Source of the DNA: the human T2T-CHM13v2.0 reference genome, Homo sapiens
DNA length: 64,000 nucleotides
Direction: 5' to 3'
NCBI GenBank assembly: GCA_009914755.4
Contig: CP086569.2
Coordinates: 9,856,001-9,920,000, forward strand
The notes beneath the pieces were generated by a model, which had not been told where the DNA came from, did not search any database, and saw only the letters and a list, made by a program, of their open reading frames with translations. Position 1 is the stretch's first letter. Each line of letters opens with the position of its first letter. Of this stretch, positions 56,150 to 64,000 are shown in pieces. A program made the translations under genes and the position numbers.

Positions 56150-56665
56150 TCTTTTATTTTTTATTATTTTATTTTATTATTATAATACTTTAAGTTTTAG
56201 GGTACATGTGCATAATGTGCAGGTTAGTTACGTATGTATACATGTGCCATCCTGGTGTGCTGCACCCATTAACTCATCATTTAGCATTAGGTATATCTCC
56301 TAATGTTATCCCTCCCCTCTTCCCCAACCCCACAACATTCCCCAGAGTGTGATGTTCCCCTTCCTGTGTCCATGTGATCTCATTTTTCAATTCCCACCTG
56401 TGAGTGAGAACATGTGGTGTTTGGTTTTTTGTCCTTGTGATAGTTTACTGAGAATGATGATTTCCAATTTCATCCATGTCCCTACAAAGGACATGAACTC
56501 ATCATTTTTTATGGCTGCATAGTATTCCACGGTGTATATGTGCCACATTTTCTTAATCCAGTCTATCATTGTTGGACATTTGTGTTGGTTCCAAGTCTTT
56601 GCTATTGTGAATAGTTCCGCCGTAAACATACGTGTGCATGTGTCTTTATAGCAGCATGATTTATA
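56150..56665 (-). mobile_element. 5'-truncated L1PA 3' end (ORF2 C-terminus + 3'UTR), reverse orientation
   Basis: The + strand shows the reverse complement of the L1 3' terminus (ttttagggtacatgtgcataatgtgcaggttagttacgtatgtatacatgtgccat…). ORF 56387..56629(-) translates L1 ORF2 C-terminal peptide (MFTAELFTIAKTWNQHKCPTMIDWIKKMWHIYTVEYYAAIKNDEFMSF…). Confidence 0.85.
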
Positions 56666-57028
56666 GTATTTTGGGTAATTCAGTGTAGCTTTTAAAAATC
56701 ACCAAAAATAAATTTGCAAAGAAGTTTAAAGATATTTCCGAGATGTTTTTTATTGTGATTTTTTTCTTTCACACACAGAAAGCAATCAAGAATTTTCACA
56801 GGAAACTTGTTTTTTAATAAATTGGTGGGTGATTGTGCAGGTGTGTGAATGAATTTTGAGAGGTTCCCAGCATTCCTGGGGGCTCATCCTTCAGTAGATA
56901 GATTACAGGGTAGAAGCAGAGGGTTGCGGGCCTCTGACTCCCCTTTAAATGCCAAAAATGTGAAAATGCCTCTCGGATTTGCCTATAGCCATCCACAGAA
57001 GAACTTACACTATAAAAAAAATCTAAAG

Positions 57029-57330
57029 GTTGGGTGTGGTGGCTCATTCTTGTAATCCCAACACTTTGGGAGACTGAAGCGGGTGGATCACGAGGTCGAG
57101 AGTTCCAGACCAGCCTGCTCAACATGGTGAAACCTAGTCCGTACCAAAGATACAAAAAATTAGCCAGGTGTGCTGGCATGTGCCTATAATCCCAGCTTCA
57201 CGAGAGGCTGAGGCAGGAGAATTGCTTAAACCTGGGAGGCGGAGGTTTCAGTGAGCTGAGAACACACCATTGCACTCCAGCCTAGGCAACAGGGGGAGAT
57301 TCCGCCTCAAAAAAAACAACAACAAAAAAG
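57029..57330 (+). mobile_element. Alu SINE
   Basis: ggttgggtgtggtggctcattcttgtaatcccaacactttgggagactgaagcgggtggatcacgaggtc…cactccagcctaggcaacag. Confidence 0.9.
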
Positions 57331-59498
57331 CCAAATGTTATTGGCATTTTTATAAGATCCAGCAGTAAGTAATACTCAGAATGTTTTGTCCTCTAAGTTT
57401 TAATTGGCAATGTTTCTTCTAAACAAATATCCAGAAATATTTTTTAAATAAAGCTTGGGGAGTTGTTTACAAAGCACTCATGCAAAGCCATTTTAATATT
57501 TTGGAAGATAACAAGTTATATTACATTTACATTGAATTCAAGGTAATTTTTAAGTAATGAATTGTCTTACCTCATTTTATTCCAGTCCCCTCATTTTACA
57601 GATTTTACAGCCTAGAGAAGAGAAAAAACTTCTGGCAATTCATACTGACAGATAATGAGAAAACTAACAGTGGAAACCAAGTCTCCTGCCCATGAACTCA
57701 CCAATCCCCATCCTTTTGTCTTTTCACTATACCACTCAATTTACTTTTGGATTCAAAGCAGAAAAATATAGTGGAAATGTGTATAAGATAGTTTCTTGAT
57801 TTTTTAACTAATTTTTCTATTTAAGCCTAGGAAGAGAAAAAGGAGCATTTTATTTTATAGTTAATAAACTAAAACATACATTTTTCTTAACTAGAAAGGC
57901 AGAAACTAAGTTGAGAAGTCCTGTGCACAGTATCATTTTCAAGCGTATATCTGATGAAAAAAATATTGAAAGGAACACAAACAACTGTTACCTGAAGTGT
58001 ATAACATATTGGTAAATGTTTTTGATCCTTCCATGAGGAAGGGACAATGGAGTAGATAACCTCCATACAACTGTGGGAAAACACCCACTGCTCTTTATTT
58101 TGGGAAGCTACTTTCTGAATGCAAACACAAAAGAAAAGTAAAATAAATTAAGCAACTCATCCACATACAGCTAAGATGAAAACATGTAGTATATAGTTTG
58201 TAGATGACAGTGTCAAATGTGAAGTCAATCACTACCAGAAGAGAAGAGAGCCAGCTAACTATATCAGGGAAGAAAAACTGGATAAGCAAGATGTCTGAAA
58301 AGCACTGTGGGCTACAAACTATAATAGACTCAGTGAGGTTAAGTGTAGTTTTTCAGGTCCTGGACTTGGCTTCAGAACTCAACTGTACAAGATGGGAAGT
58401 AGTGGCTTACCAGTAATACATTCAAATAAGACTTGGGAGTTTGAGTAGATAGTTAATATAAATCAATTAGGAGTTAAAAATCATATAATCTTAGGCACAT
58501 ATACACTGAAATATGATAACTGTAATAGGAGAAATTCTAGTTCCACTCCACTGAGTGCAGTTACAGGTAAATTACTTAATTTCCATATGCCTCAATTTCC
58601 TCATTGTCCAAATGGGGATTCAAATTCCACACTCCTTGTCATGTTGTAAGGATTAAATTAATTAATACAAGTAAAGTACTTGGCAAAGTACTTGATACTC
58701 AATAAAGGCTAGCTACCATTATTATTAGTTATTATTATTATTCAGATCACCCTAAGACACTGAACTCAGTGATACATTTTTTAAAAAGGGATAAACTAGT
58801 AAGCATTCAACAGACTGTGATCACAAAGTGACTGAAAAGACCCTCAGAATCTCAACATATAAGGATAACTTATGGGAACCAGCATGTTTAACATGAAGAA
58901 AAGATGACTTCAATTATTATATAAACTGTTACTACGTATCAGTTTATATACGTGGCTGTTACGTGGAAGAGGAGGTAAATTTGTTCTCTAAGGCTGGAGA
59001 CAGAGGGTAGAAAATACAGGGAGACAAGATCTGGTTTAATACAAGCAAGGCTGTTATAATCAACAGAATTATCTACAGATGGAGTGGAGTGTCTCAGGAG
59101 GCAGACAGTTGAAGTTGAATATTTGGCTAAGATTTTGAAGACAAGGTTTACACATCAGGTGGTTGGGTAGGACTAAATGACAGCTAGAATTCTGTTCTTT
59201 CCAGACATGAGTTCCTGTAATTCCATTACAGTTCTCAAAGCACACTTTGGTGGTCAAGCCAGTCTAGTATCATTGACCCTAAAATTTGTCTGGGGGAAGA
59301 AGCTTGCCATTATCACACAACTATTAGCAGTTTTCAATGTAACATTGTGATGATGACTAACCAAATTAACTAAAGAGCAAAATACTGAAGATGACAGAAT
59401 ACAGCAATCCACAGGGGGAAGAAAAAGATCACAAACGTAGACAAAGCTGCCCAACCTCCTCCAAGGATCAGAGAAATGCACACTGAAAATATTATTTT

Positions 59499-59817
59499 GG
59501 CTGGACATGGTGGCTAATGCCTGTAATCCCAACACTTTGTGAGGCAGAGGCAGGCAGATCACCTGAGGTCGGCAGTTTGAGACCAGCCTGACCAACATGG
59601 AGAAACACCATCTGTATGAAAAATACAAAGTTAGCCGGGTGTGGTGGTGCATGCCTGTAATCCCAGCTACTTAGGAGGATGAGGCAGGAGAATTGCTTGA
59701 ATCCAGGATGTGAAGGTTGTGTTGAACCGAGAAGGCACCATTGCATTCCAGCCTGGGCAAAAAGAGTGAGACTCCTTCTCAAAAAAAAAAAAAAGAAAAG
59801 AAAAGAAAAAAGAAAAT
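59499..59817 (+). mobile_element. Alu SINE with (GAAAA)n-type tail
   Basis: ggctggacatggtggctaatgcctgtaatcccaacactttgtgaggcagaggcagg…tccagcctgggcaaaaagagtgagactcc…aaaaaaaaaagaaaagaaaag. Confidence 0.9.
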
Positions 59818-59871
59818 AACAATTTAATTGCTAATGTTTTCAAAATTAGATGATATTAAAGCTGAAGAAAA

Positions 59872-60176
59872 GGCTGGGCACAGTGGCTCACTCCTGTACT
59901 CCCAAGCACTTTCAGAGGCTGAGATGGGTGGATCACCTGAGGTCCAGAGTTAAAGACCAGCCTGGCCAACATCTTGAAATCCCATCTCTACTAAAAATAC
60001 AAAAATTAGCTGAGCATGGTGGTGGATGCCTGCAATCTCAGCTACTCAGGAGGCTGAAGCAGGAGAATTGCTTAAATCTGGGAGGCGGGGAGATTGCAGT
60101 GAGCCAAGGTTGTGCCATTACACTTCAGCCTGGGCAACAGAGCAAGACACCGTATCAAAACAAAAAAGAAAAAAAA
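59872..60176 (+). mobile_element. Alu SINE
   Basis: aggctgggcacagtggctcactcctgtactcccaagcactttcagaggctgagatgggtggatcacctgaggtccagag…. Confidence 0.9.
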
Positions 60177-60984
60177 TGTCAAGAAGTTAGATGTACAAAC
60201 TAAGTTCTTAGAGGTACAAAGTGGGAGCTGAGCTTTCTTGACTGCGTGAGATCCAGTAAGCCAGGAGGAAACAGTTTCGGAAGTTCTTGAATGTCTATTT
60301 CAATCCCTCTTTCATCTTGGAGGTCCTATGAGAGTTATAAATGCCAGTCTGTGTTAGAATCCAGAGAATGGCAAGCTAGGAATCATTTCATGGAGAAGCA
60401 GATGTAACAGGTGGAGTACTACATATGTGGTTTAATACTTCAGTCCTCTGAGAGGAGCTGTGAAATAACAGTTCCCTATTCATTCAAGGGCACTGTATCA
60501 GACATAAACTCTAGAAAAAAATTATTATTCAATTTTTCTTACCTCTTTTAAGTGAGTATTTTCATAATTCTACGTGTGTATCTTAACTGGTTTCTGCGTT
60601 TGTCTCACAGGAAATTGATGTGGTTGTGGCTTTTTATTTGTTGCATTTTTGTGTGGAGGAACAAATTAGAGCCTCCTATTTTGTCACCTTGTGGATATAC
60701 CCTTTATTATTATTTTTTTACTTATTTAAAAAAATTTGTACGCAACAGTTGTAGATACTTTCGGCAATATCATGCGATATTTTGATACAAGTAATGTGTA
60801 TTGGTAAGGAAGGGATCAAAGAGGGATTGGGGGTGGGTTAAATTATGGCTGCTTAGAAGGAATGAGGTCTAGTGTTCAGCAGCATAGGATGACTACATTT
60901 AACAATGACTTATTGTATATTTCAAAAGAATTAAAAGAGTGAAGATGGAATGTCACTCATACCAACAAATGATATGCCACTCTC

Positions 60985-61285
60985 AGAGGCTCACAACTAT
61001 AATCACAACATTTTGGGAGGCCAAGGAAGGAGGATCACTTAAGCCTGGAAGTTTCAGACCGGCCTGAACAATATATCCGAAGCATTGTCCCTACCACACA
61101 CACACACACAAACACAAAAGCTGGGCTCAGTGATGTGTGCCTGTAATTCCAGCTACTTGGGAGGTTGAAATGGAAGGCTCACACATTTCAACACAGGAGT
61201 TCAAGGCTGCAGCGAGCTACGATGGTGACACTGCAGTCCAGGTTGGACAACATAGTGAAACCCTGTCTCTAAAAATAATAAAGAA
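60985..61285 (+). mobile_element. Alu SINE (old, diverged) with internal (CA)n
   Basis: ggctcacaactataatcacaacattttgggaggccaaggaaggaggatcacttaagcctggaagtttcagaccggcctgaacaat…acacacacacacacaaacacaaaagctgggctcagtgatgtgtgcctgtaattccagctacttgggagg. Confidence 0.75.
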
Positions 61286-61347
61286 ATGATAAGTGCTTAA
61301 ACTGAAGGATACCAGATTATCTACATATTTGTTGATTTATATAATTA

Positions 61348-61627
61348 TTTTTGAGTTGGAGTCTTGCTCTGTCACTCAGGCTAGACTGTATATGGGCTCA
61401 CTGCAGTCTCAGGCTCCCAGGTTCAAATGATTCTCCTGTCTGAGCCTCCCAATTAGCTGTAACATACTACAGGTGTGGGCCAACATGGCTGGCTAATTTT
61501 TGTATTTTTGGTAGAGATAGGTTTCATGGTGTTGGCCAGGCTGGTCTTGAACTCCTGACCTAAAGTGATCTGCAAGCCTTGGCCTCCCAATGTGCTGCAA
61601 TTAAAGAACTAAGCCATCACACCTGGA
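61348..61627 (-). mobile_element. Alu SINE (reverse, old)
   Basis: tttttgagttggagtcttgctctgtcactcaggctagactg…tggcctcccaatgtgctgcaattaaagaactaagccatcacacctgg. Confidence 0.8.
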
Positions 61628-62105
61628 CAGTAACATACAAAAGACTAGGGAATTTATCTTTTTACTTCATCCTCACAATGCTACATTGTAGATGAATGAA
61701 AACACAACTTCATAACATGAATAACTCACTTGAAAATCAAAGTTGGTAACTTCTCCCTTTAAAATTATTTGCACCCTTACCCTATAAAAATTGATGATCT
61801 TATTAAAATTTTGCCAAGAAAATACTTTGTCCTTGCAGAATAGTCTGTTAATTGTAAGAATGATGGACTGTAAAACTTCTAGAACTTCATATATTTCATT
61901 TCTTTAGGTTGGATAATCAGAAAAATTAATTGGTTTAGTTATTTGGGTACAAATATTTTATTTTTTTTATCATTTGATGATTTATTAAACCTTTAAGCAA
62001 TCCCCTGTCTGAAACTTTAGGCTGTTGTTTTATGTTTTATATACTTCACTTTCCAAAAGTATGAGGTCTAAAACGTTCACATTCGCATCTTCAAATAAAT
62101 CTGAT

Positions 62106-62389
62106 CGGCTGATAGTTGTGGCTCATGCCTATAATCCTAGCACGTTGGGAGTCTGAGGAGGTGGGTCAGGATTTCAAGAACAGCCTGGCAAACATGGTGA
62201 AATGCTGTCTGTACTAAAAATACAAAAAATTAGCCAGCTATGGTGCACACGTATCTAATACCAGTTACTCAGGACGCTGAGGCAGGAGAATAGCTTGGAC
62301 CCAGATGGCAGAGTTTGCAGTAAGCCAAAATCGAGCCACTGCACCCCAGCTTGGGCAACAAAGCTACGCTGCATCTCAAAAAAAAATTG
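62106..62389 (+). mobile_element. Alu SINE (old)
   Basis: ggctgatagttgtggctcatgcctataatcctagcacgttgggagtctgaggaggtgggtcaggatttcaagaacagcctggcaaacatggtgaaa…. Confidence 0.8.
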
Positions 62390-63270
62390 ATAAAATCCCA
62401 ACTATACTAGATTATTCCTGTTTGTAAGAACTTATTGCTAAACCGTTACTTATAGTATCCATTGTCAAATCTTTCAAGAAAAAATTAACATGCATAACTC
62501 TCAAGACAAAACACATACGTTCCACTATTTAAAGTAGGAACATTTAATTTCATTATGCTATGCACTTGAGAAACTTAATTGGTTCAGTTTTGATTTAGGT
62601 TAAAAAAAAAAGTTTTCATTCCCAATATCCCCCTTCAGTCACAGAATCCTTCATGTAGAATGTTCCAGATGTCTTAAACTTTAATATCAACCACATCTAA
62701 TTATTTCCTTTGACCTGTAATATTCCTCTAAAAGATAAATGTTATATGGTGAGGCAGACAGTTGTGTAGTCCTTCTGAAGATTTCTCAAACATTTTAAGC
62801 TTGTAATTTTTTAAAGAGAAACACAGCATAATTAGAAAACTTATGCAGCTTGCAAGGGAGACATAACATATGCTTGATTTTGTATCTACTTATGTTCGAA
62901 GAAACAAAGGAATATGTTCAAAAACAACACAATTTACTCTCCTATTCAATTTGCTTTTAAGCATGTGTAGCTAAGCAGTAACATCAGGCATTTTGCATTA
63001 CATGTAAAATTTCTTTATGAAAATTTTAATGCAGATATTACATCTAAACAAAGAGTTTCCAAATAGCATTAACAAGTATGAAATTACTTTGAAAAAAATT
63101 CCTTTTCCTCTGAATATCTCAGAAAAATTATGGAGTAAGTATCTATGTCTCTCCACAAAACCAGCATGTTGCTTTGAGTGGTATGCAGGTAACAATGAAT
63201 AAATAACATTTCAATTTTCGATTTGCAAAGAAGGTTTGGTATGCAATAACTATTATTTTGAATACTTGCT

Positions 63271-63571
63271 TTAATATCTACTTCAGTCTCCTTTTTCAGA
63301 TCAGCTTCTCTTACCATCTCCTGTAGATGCCACATAACTTGAGCTACCATATGCTTCACGAGGAGCAGGGTGCACTCTATCCAGAGAAATTAGATTCCTT
63401 TGGTCTTTTCTGCCAACGTGCTCATGAAAACAGGAATAAAAATCACCACAGTGTCTTGAGTAACTCTCCGACTTCTGCTATATCTATCTCGTGTATTGTT
63501 ATAATAATGGCGGCTTCTTCCACCATAAGACATCCGAGGCCCTTGTGCAGGTGGTGCACCATGAGAGGTCC
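63271..63571 (-). pseudogene. RBMY: RBMY-family (RNA-binding motif protein, Y-linked) terminal coding exon, frameshifted. It is preceded on the minus strand by a splice acceptor (…tttatcaaccctgcag|GGACC…).
   Basis: The minus-strand ORF 63390..63629 translates …[18 protein letters not shown](R)S(R)[13 protein letters not shown]…. This matches the RBMY1 C-terminal region (…[40 protein letters not shown]…). Downstream homology continues at the DNA level through …SSYVAS…GDG…SEKGD.SRY-like sequence to ~63271, but is thrown out of frame by a 1-bp deletion (agtcggagagttac vs agttgggagagttac). The remaining upstream exons would lie beyond the window end. Confidence 0.65.
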
Positions 63572-64000
63572 CTGCAGGGTTGATAAAATAATATGTTGGA
63601 CTACATCCAAACATTTTTACTGCTACCACTAAAGCATGAATTAGTTAAAGTACTATTTGGAAATATCTGTTTTCCTCTGCCTTTGTTGCAGGATATTAAT
63701 TATGCCTGCAATAGTCAGAAGTTTTATTTAAAAGAAGTGTAAGAGTAGCATTTTGAAGCTTAACAAATTTAATCCTAAAGTAAAGGTTGAGTCACATTTT
63801 CTGAACACGAAGTGAAGTTCTCACCTTCATATCATTTAATATGCTTTATACTGTTAACAATATTCAATATTTAATCGTTATATTTGTCCCTTATAATTTT
63901 CCTTAGAAGTTCATTAAAATAATGATCTGATCTAATAAATATAATTCTATAATTTATGAATCCATCCTGGACCCTCATCATATCTCTGAATTGTATCTCT

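Overview
This window is human Y-chromosomal DNA, not a prokaryotic locus. There are no operons, CRISPR arrays or dense coding. Two recognisable gene relics bracket it. At the left end is a TSPY-family pseudogene on the + strand. It has a CpG-rich 5' region, the TSPY exon/intron layout and GT/AG splice sites, but several frameshifts. At the right end is an RBMY-family terminal exon on the - strand, also frameshifted. Both families are Y-specific multicopy testis genes. The roughly 60 kb between them is retroelement-rich. It contains about 22 Alu copies, including two young CpG-rich AluY elements. It contains several L1 elements, MaLR LTR fragments and many microsatellites. The most informative structures are L1-derived. 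One is a near-full-length L1PA whose 5' half is inverted exactly at the ORF2 breakpoint, a twin-priming signature. The other is a near-full-length L1PA, flanked by a 10-bp target-site duplication (TSD), that sits inside an older L1. This L1PA is itself split at position ~860 by a nested L1 insertion. The nested insertion has a 14-bp TSD, a 5' inversion, and a 169-bp non-L1 3' transduction with its own ATTAAA signal and a second poly-A. The ORFs in the six-frame track are explained by L1 ORF1/ORF2 remnants, Alu read-throughs or GC-rich noise. I found no novel protein-coding system and do not claim one.
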